Source: Planctomycetota bacterium
GTDB lineage: Bacteria; Planctomycetota; PLA2; JAEUHO01
Assembly: GCA_050248855.1 (NCBI GenBank)
Contig: JBFWRP010000010.1
Location: 99,008 to 163,007, forward strand
Direction: 5' to 3'
Length of the DNA: 64,000 nucleotides
The translations under genes were made by a program, and so were the position numbers. Below, piece after piece: positions 1 through 8,926 of the stretch. The notes under the pieces were generated by a model. It saw only the letters and a program-made list of their open reading frames with translations, was not told the origin of the DNA and did not search any database. Positions within the stretch are counted from its first letter, which is position 1. The number at the start of each line of letters is the position of its first letter.

Positions 1-1062
1 GGCATCCGTCCCGAGGGGATCGAGGTAGCTCGTGAACACGTGGTACCGGATGTACTTGCCGATCCCCTCGCCCTCCGCCCCCTTGGTCTCCTCGTAGGCG
101 ATCACGGCCGTGCTGCCCGCCATGTCCAGGTTGCAGCGCGACGCGCCGGTGTTGCCGCCCAGGTTGTCGGTCACGCGCACGGCCGCAGGCAGCTCCGCGA
201 GCGACCCGAAGCCCGCTGCCGACTGGGCCACGTACCAGATGTCGGTTCCCTTGGAGACCTTGGCGCCCGAGTCGCCATCCCCGGGTCCGTCCCCTTCACC
301 CGGCTGCAGGCCTTCGGGGTCCTCCTGCCACGTCCAGACCCAGCCCGCGCCGGTGCCGCGACACGCCGACTGCATCGGGTCGCGCGAGCCGTCCGTCATG
401 CGCTGGACGGTCCACGTCGCTCCCGCATCGGCGGAGCGCGCGATGTAGATCGCGCGGTAAGGCACTTCGATGAGGCCCGACTCGCGGTAGACGACGGATC
501 CTTGGGCGGCGGCTGGGCCCGTGAGGTACGTCACGCCGGGCGGGAGCGCGGTGGGCGCCGGGCCCACGTAGGCGTCCTCCCAGATGATCGAGACGTTCTT
601 GCCCGAGGCGAAGACCGTCGGCTTCCCGGAGTCGCCCGGGAACGGACGCGGCGCCGTCAAGGCGTCACCGTCATGGTCGGCAACGGCGGACGAGAGCATC
701 GCGGTGTTGGAGACATCGAGCGGCGGCGACCAGGTGGCGCCCTCGTCGTCCGACACGCGCACGAAGATGTCGCGTGCGGCGAGCGCATCGCCTCGAGAGT
801 CCCACGCCGGCGCGCCGACCCCGTTCCCGTAGACCGCCACGAGGTTCGTGTGGAAGACGTCCGCGGCGTCCTTCCACGTCACGCCGAGGATCTTCGTCTT
901 GTGGGCCTGGTCCCCATCCAGCGTGACAGGGGCTTCGAGCCGGATCGGGCAGCCCGTCCACGAGGGCCCGATGGACGGTGCCGAGCCGCCGCCCCCTCCG
1001 CCGCAGCTCGCGGCGAGCAAGGACGACGCGACGAGGGAACGAAGGGTGTGCCAGCGTCTCAC
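1..1062 (-). CDS. Secreted lipoprotein with BNR/Asp-box-like motifs, resembling 'choice-of-anchor O' proteins (3' end runs off the window)
   Basis: Not in the ORF track; translated by hand. GTG at 1062 after GGAG, lipobox-like LLAASC followed by GGGGG, Asp-box-like SDDEGATWS and SADAGATW, and motif WQEDPEGLQPGEGDGPGDGDSGAKVSKGTDIWY. Frame is open to position 1. Confidence 0.7.
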   Translation of the reverse strand, partial: MRRWHTLRSLVASSLLAASCGGGGGGSAPSIGPSWTGCPIRLEAPVTLDGDQAHKTKILGVTWKDAADVFHTNLVAVYGNGVGAPAWDSRGDALAARDIFVRVSDDEGATWSPPLDVSNTAMLSSAVADHDGDALTAPRPFPGDSGKPTVFASGKNVSIIWEDAYVGPAPTALPPGVTYLTGPAAAQGSVVYRESGLIEVPYRAIYIARSADAGATWTVQRMTDGSRDPMQSACRGTGAGWVWTWQEDPEGLQPGEGDGPGDGDSGAKVSKGTDIWYVAQSAAGFGSLAELPAAVRVTDNLGGNTGASRCNLDMAGSTAVIAYEETKGAEGEGIGKYIRYHVFTSYLDPLGTDA

Positions 1063-1129
1063 GCCCAGCTCCAGCTCGGTGACGAGCCACTTGCGGAGGG
1101 CAGGCGACTCCGCCCGCCCCGCTCACTCC

Positions 1130-1144
1130 GCAGATCGAGTGCCA
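1130..1144 (-). promoter_or_regulatory. Putative sigma-54 (-24/-12) promoter for the 1..1062 gene
   Basis: Minus strand TGGCACTCGATCTGC has exact GG-N10-GC spacing, about 70 nt upstream of the start codon. Confidence 0.55.
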
Positions 1145-1335
1145 GCCGGAGCACGCCCCGAGGCGGCCGATCGGCCGCACCGAGGGGGACGGTCGTCCCA
1201 CCGCGTGGGGACTGGCACACGGCGACTGCGGCGCACCACGCAACGCGCCACCGACCGGAGGAGGCGCGTGCGGCACCGTGAGCTCCCCCCGCCACACGGC
1301 CCGGCGCACGCTCGCCGCGGCGGTCGGAGTCGGGA

Positions 1336-3594
1336 TCAGCGTCGACGGCCGCCGCCTCCCCCCGATCCCCCGCCTGCGCTGGTCCCGCCGCCGCTTCGCA
1401 CGACCGGCGGGGGGGAGCTACGAGGCTGGAGGGAGCGCGGCTGCGAGGGCGGCGCGACGCGCGGGATCCGCTCGAGCGGCAGCTGCTGCCGACGCCACTG
1501 CTCGAGCAGCTCCATGCGTTGCGTTGCGATCTGCCTCGAGCGCGCAGCCCGCTCCAGCTCCGTGTGCAGGTCCGTCGGGAACACCGTCGTGCGGGGGACG
1601 GCCGGGCGCGTACGGGGAGCCGTCGGCAGGCTCCGCCACGTGCTCCCGTCGAGGCTCTGCCACCCCGACGTGGACCGCCGGTAGATGCGACCGTCCGGTC
1701 CCACGTAGAGCGGGGACGCCGACGGTCCCTGGGGCAGGAGGGGCGTCCCCGGCGAGGTCCGCCGGGGGCGCGGCGTCGGCGGGGGCGTCGGCGGCGTGCC
1801 TGCTCCGAACCCGTCGATCGGACCCCGGACGCCCGTCACGTGGGAGCGGCGCAGCCACGCTGCATGGTCGTGGATGACGTCGGGGCCCCAGTGGGCGTAC
1901 AGGTTCGTGGTGTCGTATCGGCTGTAGTAGCGGGCGGTGCTCGAGTACCAGGTGGCGCGGATCGGCCGCACGGCGAGGGGCGTGTAGTACCGCACTCCGA
2001 CCACGTAGCTGGCCACGTAGGGGTGGTACACGACGCCGACCCCGAACGTGAGCGGCCATCCGAACCACGTGCCGGCCCCGATCCACGGGCGGTACCACCA
2101 CCCCGTCCCGAACACGACGACGCGTCGCCGCGGACACACGTAGAGACCGAGGTAACCGGGGAGATACCCGACGACCACCAGCTTGGGTGTCGCGTCGTAG
2201 ACGCGCACGAAGGTCACGCGATAGACGGGACACCGCGGACTGATCGTGTAGATCACGGTGGGGACCGCGTCGCACACGAGCCATGGGCCAAGGGCTGCCT
2301 CGGCGACGAACCAGACGCCCTGGTGGCAGCAGTAGTAGCGCCCCCCGGCCAGAAGCACGTCGTAGGCGGTGTTGATCGCATAGGAGACATCGGCGTCGGG
2401 GCAGCGGACGAAGTGCGGCAGCCCCACGTACCTCACCTCCAGCCGCGGCTGGTCGCGCCGGATGACGACGCGTCGCGGGATCTGCGCGAGAAGGACCGCC
2501 TCCTCCGCGGCGGGTGTGCCCGGAACGGAGACGAGGACGCGACCCTTGGCGTGGTTCGTGGGAATCCGCGCGAAATCCCCGGGCAAGTCGGCGAGCACGG
2601 GCTCCCAGGGTCCGGAGAGACGCGCGGCGCGGTACCAGCGACCGGAGACGAGCAGGTAGTGAAGGGACTCGCGCACGTGGAGGAACACGTCTGCGGACGT
2701 GTTGGTCACGTAGAGGAGCGACGTTCCCGGTATCGGGGAGAAACGCGCGGCTCCCTCCATGACGACGAGCTCGGCGGGCACGGTGCTCACGTGGATGCGG
2801 GGCGCGGGCGCATGCGGCGCGACCGGCGTGTGGCGGGACTCGGAGCGTGGATGTCCGTCCGGGATGCGGGCGAGGTCGCGCGGAGCTCGCGTCGCACGGC
2901 TCCAGTCGTCCGTGGACAGGTCCGCGGTCGTCATCCAGCCGTCAGCCAGTCGCAGGAACCAAGTGCCCGTCGCACGCTCGAGCAATACGTGCCAGTCGGT
3001 GTTCACGACGTGAAGCAGTCCGGTGCCCGGGATCTCGTCCAGGGCGGGGTCCCCGTCCACGAGCACCAGGCGCGCCGGAACGGTCTCGACGACGATGCGC
3101 GGCTCGAGCGAGCCGAGCCCGGTCGCCTGGGCTTGGGCCTGCGCCTCCACGCGCTCCACGTCGGCGAGCAGACGGTCGAGCGCCATGTCCATGGGGCCCT
3201 TGGGGAACAGCCTCTCCAAGCGATCCACGAGCTCGCCCTGTTGATGGGCGCCCGTCGAGGGGAAGCGGGCCTCCACGATGCGGAGATTTGCGACCGTGAC
3301 GATCCGGGTGTCGAGGTTCGCCCGCGTCTCGCCTCGTACCCAGAGGGCACCGTACACGGGGGCTTCCTCGTCGGGAAAGTGGAGCACCACGGCGATGCGA
3401 GCCTCGAGGACGTCGTTTGCCCACCTGTCCACCTGCGGCTCGTGCATGACGAGCCGGACGCCGTGGTCATCGGCGAGCTCGTGCGGCCAGTCCGAGAGCG
3501 TGGGTACGCCGCCGCCCTCGTCCGCGCTCGCGGGGGTCGCCGCGAGGACGACGAGGCACAGGACGGCGAGCAGGAGCGGAAGATTCGTGCGCAT
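1336..3594 (-). CDS. Secreted hypothetical protein with a Tyr/Trp/Gly-rich region and a low-complexity C-terminal tail
   Basis: 752 aa with signal peptide (MRTNLPLLLAVLCLVVLAATPASA), internal repeats (LLHVVNTDW, LLYVTNTSA, YAINTAY), a GTGWWYRPW segment and a Pro/Gly/Arg tail. Confidence 0.7.
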   Translation of the reverse strand: MRTNLPLLLAVLCLVVLAATPASADEGGGVPTLSDWPHELADDHGVRLVMHEPQVDRWANDVLEARIAVVLHFPDEEAPVYGALWVRGETRANLDTRIVTVANLRIVEARFPSTGAHQQGELVDRLERLFPKGPMDMALDRLLADVERVEAQAQAQATGLGSLEPRIVVETVPARLVLVDGDPALDEIPGTGLLHVVNTDWHVLLERATGTWFLRLADGWMTTADLSTDDWSRATRAPRDLARIPDGHPRSESRHTPVAPHAPAPRIHVSTVPAELVVMEGAARFSPIPGTSLLYVTNTSADVFLHVRESLHYLLVSGRWYRAARLSGPWEPVLADLPGDFARIPTNHAKGRVLVSVPGTPAAEEAVLLAQIPRRVVIRRDQPRLEVRYVGLPHFVRCPDADVSYAINTAYDVLLAGGRYYCCHQGVWFVAEAALGPWLVCDAVPTVIYTISPRCPVYRVTFVRVYDATPKLVVVGYLPGYLGLYVCPRRRVVVFGTGWWYRPWIGAGTWFGWPLTFGVGVVYHPYVASYVVGVRYYTPLAVRPIRATWYSSTARYYSRYDTTNLYAHWGPDVIHDHAAWLRRSHVTGVRGPIDGFGAGTPPTPPPTPRPRRTSPGTPLLPQGPSASPLYVGPDGRIYRRSTSGWQSLDGSTWRSLPTAPRTRPAVPRTTVFPTDLHTELERAARSRQIATQRMELLEQWRRQQLPLERIPRVAPPSQPRSLQPRSSPPPVVRSGGGTSAGGGSGGGGGRRR

Positions 3595-3838
3595 GATGGA
3601 TTCCCAACGGGGTGTTCAGGGAGGGTCGAGGCTCGAGCTGGCCAGGCGCCGGGGCCTTCCGACGGGGATCACGGCAGGCCCCTGGACGGATCCGCCAGGG
3701 GCGCGGCGGGGGACGAACGGGGCAGACGGGGCGAGCACCGCGGGTGCGTCAACGGTCAAGCGGGTTCGCACGGCAACCCCTGTTCGAAGACGGCGGCCCA
3801 GGGCCTCGTGGTCCCGACGCCTCCGCGACCCGTGGGTG

Positions 3839-3854
3839 TGCAACGTGCATGCCG
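3839..3854 (-). promoter_or_regulatory. Putative sigma-54 promoter directed at the 752-aa gene
   Basis: Minus strand CGGCATGCACGTTGCA, GG-N10-GC spacing. Confidence 0.55.
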
Positions 3855-4231
3855 CGCCCACGTCTGCGCGCCGCAGGGGCGCATCGGCCACGTCCCGCTC
3901 CCGGCGATGGACGCTGTTGCAGCGCCTCCCGAGCGCTCCGTCGGCGGCGCAGCCGTCACGGGCGGCGCTCGGAAGGGAGCAGGCACTGGGGAAAACGCAC
4001 CGGCGGCTGCGGATCCGGTCCCAGCGGCTGCGCCGCGAGAGGCTGCTCGCGCGCCGACGGGCTCCGCACCCTTCAGGTCTGCCGCGGGCAGCCGTAGCCA
4101 GGGGGGACGCCCACACGTGTCCCCTGAAGGACGCGTCGATCGCCGCGATAGGACAGGGCGTGCGGGGAGGCCACGGACCCGACGTCCCCGCAAACGCCTG
4201 ATGAATGGCCGCGCGGCGCATTCCCCACGAC

Positions 4232-4246
4232 TGGCACCGTCCTTGC
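4232..4246 (+). promoter_or_regulatory. Putative sigma-54 promoter for the small lipoprotein
   Basis: TGGCACCGTCCTTGC is a near-consensus -24/-12 element about 53 nt upstream of ATG 4300. Confidence 0.65.
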
Positions 4247-4299
4247 GCTCCCTTGCGCCGCGGCGCGCCCGACCGGGTGCGCGCGCCAGGAGTAGCGCC

Positions 4300-4695
4300 A
4301 TGACCACCCACAGCTCGACGACCCCCTCTCCCGCATCGGCCGCCCGCCCCCGCAGCCGGCGTGGACGCAGCCTGCTGGTCGTGGGTCTGCTCGGCCTGGC
4401 CCTGGTCGCCGCCGGCTGCGGCGGCGGCGGGTACTACTACGACGACACGGGCGACGCGTATGTCGACAACCAGGACGCGTTCGCCACCGTCGGCTTCTAC
4501 ATGGCCCCCAGCGGCACGGGGGCGTGGACCGGCAACCTGCTCGGCGACTGGCTGTTCCCGGGCGAGGTGGCCTACGTCGGCTCGTTCGTCGAGGACTACT
4601 ACGACGCGGATGCCGAGCAGCAGGACGGCGCGACGATCCAGTTCACCGCCGAGCCCATCTACGCGGGTGAGGCCACCACGTTCGTCGTGTTCTGA
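4300..4695 (+). CDS. Small acidic lipoprotein, hypothetical
   Basis: C-terminal part of track ORF 1519..4695. AGGAG before ATG 4300 and lipobox LALVAAGC followed by GGGG. Confidence 0.75.
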   Translation: MTTHSSTTPSPASAARPRSRRGRSLLVVGLLGLALVAAGCGGGGYYYDDTGDAYVDNQDAFATVGFYMAPSGTGAWTGNLLGDWLFPGEVAYVGSFVEDYYDADAEQQDGATIQFTAEPIYAGEATTFVVF

Positions 4696-4868
4696 CCGCA
4701 GGGCGCACGGCGCCCTGCTTGTTCCCGTCGACGTGTCTCGTGATCTTTCGCCGCGGGCTCCGGGAACCACCGGCGTGCCGGACATCCCACCGTGTGGTGG
4801 GATGACGCCGGCCCGGGCCCGCGGCGATCCTCGCCTCGGAGCGGGACGCCGCATACGGAGGTGAGCTG

Positions 4869-7568
4869 ATGGCCGCAGGCCGTTTCCGTTGGCTGCTGCC
4901 GTCCCTGCTCTTGGTGTTGGCCGCCCTGCTTGGCGCGCTGTTGCTGACGTCGTCGCCGCCGCGACCGGGCCCCGACGAGATCGAGCCCGGCACACCGCAA
5001 CCGGGCGCGCCCACGCTCGACCCCGACGATCCCCTGCGCGGCCGGCCGGCGCCGCCGCGACCCGCTGCGACGCCCGAGGGGACGAGGTCGATCGGCCGCG
5101 AGGTGGATGCGCTGCCCGCGCCGGCGCTCGACGGTCGCCTGACCGTCGTCGTGCGCACGCGCGAGGGCGCGCCGGTCGCCGGCGCCAGCGTCGTCGCCCG
5201 GTTCGTGGACCCGGAGGGCCTGCGCGGCGCGCCGTTCGACGACGGGGACGTCGCGGCGGAAGGCACGACCGACGCTGCGGGCACGTTCGTCGCGCCCGAG
5301 CCCTCGAGCCGGACGGGCTGGCTGCGCGTGACGGCGCGCGCAGAAGGACACGCCGCCGCGGCGCGCGTGGTCGTCGCCGCGGACGCCTTGGTCGAGCTGG
5401 TCCTGGGCCCCGCGGGCGAGGTACGCATCGAGGTCCTCGCGCAGCAGGACGCCGCTGCGGGCGCCACCCCCGCCGCGAACGTCGACGTCACGCTCCACCA
5501 GGGCGACGTGCGGCTGCTCGCCACGACCGACGCGGATGGGCGCGTCACGTTCCACGACGCGCCCGCGGGCCCGGCGACCGTGCGCGCCGTCACGAGCGCG
5601 CTGCAAGCCGTCGAGAACGGCCCGTTCGACGTCGCCGCAGGCGCCGTCGTCGAACGCGTCATCGTCGTCGGCGCGGGCCGCACCGTCGAGGGCGTCGTCG
5701 TGGACGACGCCGATGGCTCCCCCATCGCAGGCGCCGACGTGTGGATCGCGCGCCCCGGCGCCAGCACGCCGGCCGGCATCACGGATGCGCAGGGACGCTT
5801 CGGTCCGGCGCCGGCGGGGACCGACGCCGAGCGTCAGTTCGTCGCCGTGCGGGCACCCGGTTTCGCGCCGGCGCTGGAGCCGGTCGTGCTGCGGCCCGCG
5901 GAGGCCGGCACGGCGCGCGTGTCCGTGGAGGTACGCCTGCGGCGCGCCGAGCCCTGGCGCGGCCGCGTCCTGGGCGTGGACGGAGCCCCCGCAGCGGGCG
6001 CGCGCGTCGCGTGGACCGCGGACGGCGTGGCGGGGCGTAGCCCGGCCTCGGCGAGAAGCGACGAAGGTGGGTGGTTCACGATCGAGCCCCCCCCACCGCC
6101 GGCCCCCGGTCGTCGCGTGCTGCTGGTGGCCGAGAGCCCGCAAGGTCGGGCGGCCCTCGCGCTGCGGCCCGACGAGCCCGCGCCCTCGCCGCTCGAGCTG
6201 CGCTTGGTGGCCGATGCGTCCGTCGGTGGTCGCCTCGCCGCGAGCGACGGCACGGCCGTGGCGGCCGCCGAGGTGCGCCTCGTACCGGTGTGGGACGACG
6301 CCGAGCGTCGGACACCCGATGCGGGCGACGCGCGACGGCTGCTCGGCAACGAGCAGGGCCTGATGCCGTGGTCCGCGGCCAGCGATGCCAGCGGCTTCTG
6401 GCGCATCGATGCCGTGCCTCCCGGGCGCTGGCAGGTGCACGCCCGCACGGCCACGCTGGCCCGCTGGTTCCCGGCACCCGTCGACGTGGGCCGACGCGAC
6501 GTGGACGTGGGCACGCTCGTGCTCGACGACGGTCTGGCCATCGCGGGCGAGGTCCGCGATGCCGACGGGCGTCCCGCGGCGGGTGCCCGCGTCGATGCCG
6601 TGGCCGAGGGGCTCGTCCCGCGCGCGTGGGACGCGCTCGCGGACGCCGACGGTCGTTTCGAAATCCAAGGGCTGCCTCCGGGCACCGTCCGCGTGCGCGC
6701 GCGGCGCGGCGAGCACGCCTCGGAGCCGGTCGTCGTCGAGCTGGGCACCGAGGACCGCGACGACGTCGAGCTGGAGGTGCCGGTCGGCGGCCGCGTGCGC
6801 ATCGAGGTGCGTACGGAGGAAGGGGCACCGTTCACGGGTGTCCTCGTGCTGCGTCGCGAGCCGATCGGCGGACGCCTGGCTCCCGGTCGCCCGCAGGCCG
6901 TGCGCGCGAAGGCCGGCGTCGTGGAGGTGGACGACGTGCCGGTGGGCCCGGCCTGGTGGCGTGCCGAGTCGCCCGATGGGCGCGTGGCGCGCACGGAAGC
7001 CCCCGTCACCGTCGAGAGCGGTGGGCTCGCGCAGGCCGTGCTCGTGCTGGGCCGGCCCGCCGTCCTCGAAGGCACGGTGCACACCGCCGAGGGCGAGCCT
7101 GCCGCGTCCGCCGAGGTGCATGTGCGCCACCTCGACGGCCGCGGCAGCGTGCTCGCGACGACCGACCTGCGCGGTCGCTACCGCCTCGTGGACCTCGTGC
7201 CCGGGCGTCATCTCGTGATCGCCTACGGGCGCGGCGGTTCCCCCGTCGAGCGCGAGATCGACGTGCCCGCGGGCGTGGCGACCACGCTCGACCTCGACCT
7301 CTCGCCCGCAGGGCGTGTCGAGGTGCAGGTCCTGGACGCGAGCGGCCGCGACGTGCCGGGGGCCCTCGTGCGCTTCCGCGTGGCGGGTCGACTCGTCCGC
7401 GCCCGCGGGCCGGCGCGCACGGATGCGCGCGGCCGGGCCGTCGTCGAGGACCTGCCGCTGGGCCTGCTCGATGCGCAGGCCTCGCACCCCGAGGCGGGCG
7501 ACGGGCTCGCGGACGTGATGGTCGAAGCCGGGCGTACGGTCCGCGTGGTCATTCGGCTCGCGCGCTGA
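4869..7568 (+). CDS. Membrane-anchored protein with multiple carboxypeptidase-regulatory-like (transthyretin-like) beta-sandwich repeats
   Basis: 899 aa with an N-terminal hydrophobic anchor and repeated GxVxDxDGxPxAGAxV ... TDAxGRF ... GLPPG motifs. GGAGG upstream. Confidence 0.8.
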   Translation: MAAGRFRWLLPSLLLVLAALLGALLLTSSPPRPGPDEIEPGTPQPGAPTLDPDDPLRGRPAPPRPAATPEGTRSIGREVDALPAPALDGRLTVVVRTREGAPVAGASVVARFVDPEGLRGAPFDDGDVAAEGTTDAAGTFVAPEPSSRTGWLRVTARAEGHAAAARVVVAADALVELVLGPAGEVRIEVLAQQDAAAGATPAANVDVTLHQGDVRLLATTDADGRVTFHDAPAGPATVRAVTSALQAVENGPFDVAAGAVVERVIVVGAGRTVEGVVVDDADGSPIAGADVWIARPGASTPAGITDAQGRFGPAPAGTDAERQFVAVRAPGFAPALEPVVLRPAEAGTARVSVEVRLRRAEPWRGRVLGVDGAPAAGARVAWTADGVAGRSPASARSDEGGWFTIEPPPPPAPGRRVLLVAESPQGRAALALRPDEPAPSPLELRLVADASVGGRLAASDGTAVAAAEVRLVPVWDDAERRTPDAGDARRLLGNEQGLMPWSAASDASGFWRIDAVPPGRWQVHARTATLARWFPAPVDVGRRDVDVGTLVLDDGLAIAGEVRDADGRPAAGARVDAVAEGLVPRAWDALADADGRFEIQGLPPGTVRVRARRGEHASEPVVVELGTEDRDDVELEVPVGGRVRIEVRTEEGAPFTGVLVLRREPIGGRLAPGRPQAVRAKAGVVEVDDVPVGPAWWRAESPDGRVARTEAPVTVESGGLAQAVLVLGRPAVLEGTVHTAEGEPAASAEVHVRHLDGRGSVLATTDLRGRYRLVDLVPGRHLVIAYGRGGSPVEREIDVPAGVATTLDLDLSPAGRVEVQVLDASGRDVPGALVRFRVAGRLVRARGPARTDARGRAVVEDLPLGLLDAQASHPEAGDGLADVMVEAGRTVRVVIRLAR

Positions 7569-8925
7569 CCCGCGACGGGGACAGCCGCGCGAGATGGGGC
7601 CGGAGGCCCTCGATCGTGCGCTCGCTGGCCCCTTGGCTCGAGCACACGGCGTCGCGGGCGCGGGCGCCCAGCGCGCGAGCCGCGGCCCGATCGTCATGCC
7701 ACGCACGCAGCACCGCTTCGAGCCCCGCCGCGTCGTCCACCACGCGTACGCCTTCCGAGGCCCGCAGCAGGGCGACTTCGCTGCGGAACTGGAACAGGTG
7801 CGGCCCCACGACCACGGGCAACCCCAGGCTGGCGGGCTCGATCAGGTTCTGCCCGCCGTGGGGCACGAGCGTGCCGCCGACGAACGCGAAGGCCGCGAGG
7901 CCGTACGCGTGCTCCAGCTCCCCCACCGTGTCGAGCACGAACACGTCGTCGGGCGCCGGCGCCCCGCGCGGCGCAAGCAGTCCGCTGCGCAGCACGGGTG
8001 CGCCACCCTCGCGCCGCACATCGACCGCCACGCTGTCGCGGCGCTCGGGATGGCGCGGCACGAGCACCAGATGCATGCGCCGTCCCCCAGCGGCCAGCTG
8101 CCGGACGACGCGGACCAGCTCGCGCTCTTCCCCGGGGTGCGTGCTGCCCGCGACCAGGACCGGAACCTCGGTGTCCTGGAGGCCGAAGAGGCGCGCGAGG
8201 GCGCCCACGCGCTCCCGGTCCGCAGCAGGCGTCACGTTGTCCAGCTTGAGGTTGCCCGTCACGACGATGCGGTCCGGATCCACGCCCAGATGCTCGAGAC
8301 GCTCGGCGTACACCGCAAGCTGCGCGAAGACGCGATCGAGCGAGCCGAACAGACGCCGCGCGAACCAGCGCGTGCGTCCGAAGCGCCGCGCGCTGCGCTC
8401 GCTCATGCGTCCGTTGACGAGCACCACGGGTACGCCGCGCCGCCGAGCCGCCAGGAGGAAGCCCGGCCAGAGCCCGCTCTCGACGAGCAGCACGAGGTCC
8501 GGACGCAGCGCGGCGAGGTAGCGGTGGATCGACCACGAGAGGTCGGTCGGCGCGCGCTCCACGCGCAAGGTGGGGTAGAGCTCGGCGGCCACGCGTCGTC
8601 CCGTGACGGTCGTCACGCCCAGCACGATGTCGGCGCCCGGCAGCTCCTCGGCCAGCCGCGCCAGGAGCCGCGCCACGGCCTTCACCTCGCCCACGCTGAC
8701 GGCCTGCACCAGGACGCAGGGGGCCTCGCCCTCACGCGGCGTGCGGCGCGCCATGCGCGCGGGCAGGTCGCGGACGAACGGACCCGCGCGGGCGCGAGCC
8801 TTCGCATCGACGGCCAACCGCGCGAGGGCGATCGGCAGCCCGAGCACCGCCGCGCCCACGTAGCCCAGGTCGAGCAGCGCGTGCCGGAGGTACGCCGGAC
8901 GGCGAGGCCCGCGCGGCGTCGTCAC
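7549..8925 (-). CDS. kdtA: 3-deoxy-D-manno-octulosonic acid (Kdo) transferase
   Basis: Motifs AVSVGEV, VNGRMSERS, VTGNLKLD, AGSTHPGEE, LVPRHPER, DTVGEL and GGQNLIEPA. GTG start chosen just after the secA stop. Confidence 0.9.
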   Translation of the reverse strand: MTTPRGPRRPAYLRHALLDLGYVGAAVLGLPIALARLAVDAKARARAGPFVRDLPARMARRTPREGEAPCVLVQAVSVGEVKAVARLLARLAEELPGADIVLGVTTVTGRRVAAELYPTLRVERAPTDLSWSIHRYLAALRPDLVLLVESGLWPGFLLAARRRGVPVVLVNGRMSERSARRFGRTRWFARRLFGSLDRVFAQLAVYAERLEHLGVDPDRIVVTGNLKLDNVTPAADRERVGALARLFGLQDTEVPVLVAGSTHPGEERELVRVVRQLAAGGRRMHLVLVPRHPERRDSVAVDVRREGGAPVLRSGLLAPRGAPAPDDVFVLDTVGELEHAYGLAAFAFVGGTLVPHGGQNLIEPASLGLPVVVGPHLFQFRSEVALLRASEGVRVVDDAAGLEAVLRAWHDDRAAARALGARARDAVCSSQGASERTIEGLRPHLARLSPSRVSARAE

Positions 8926-8926
8926 A

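Noticed and set aside
3616..3771. Possible 51-aa leader ORF on the minus strand
   Set aside because: It has only a weak SD-like AGGGG and no recognisable motif, so it cannot be distinguished from chance.
1519..4299. Long overlapping ORFs (e.g. 1519..4695, 4659..7706, 55337..58552, 57060..60236, 60500..63664)
   Set aside because: These are Arg/Ala/Gly/Pro-rich shadow frames caused by stop-codon scarcity at high GC. Each overlaps a better-supported gene.
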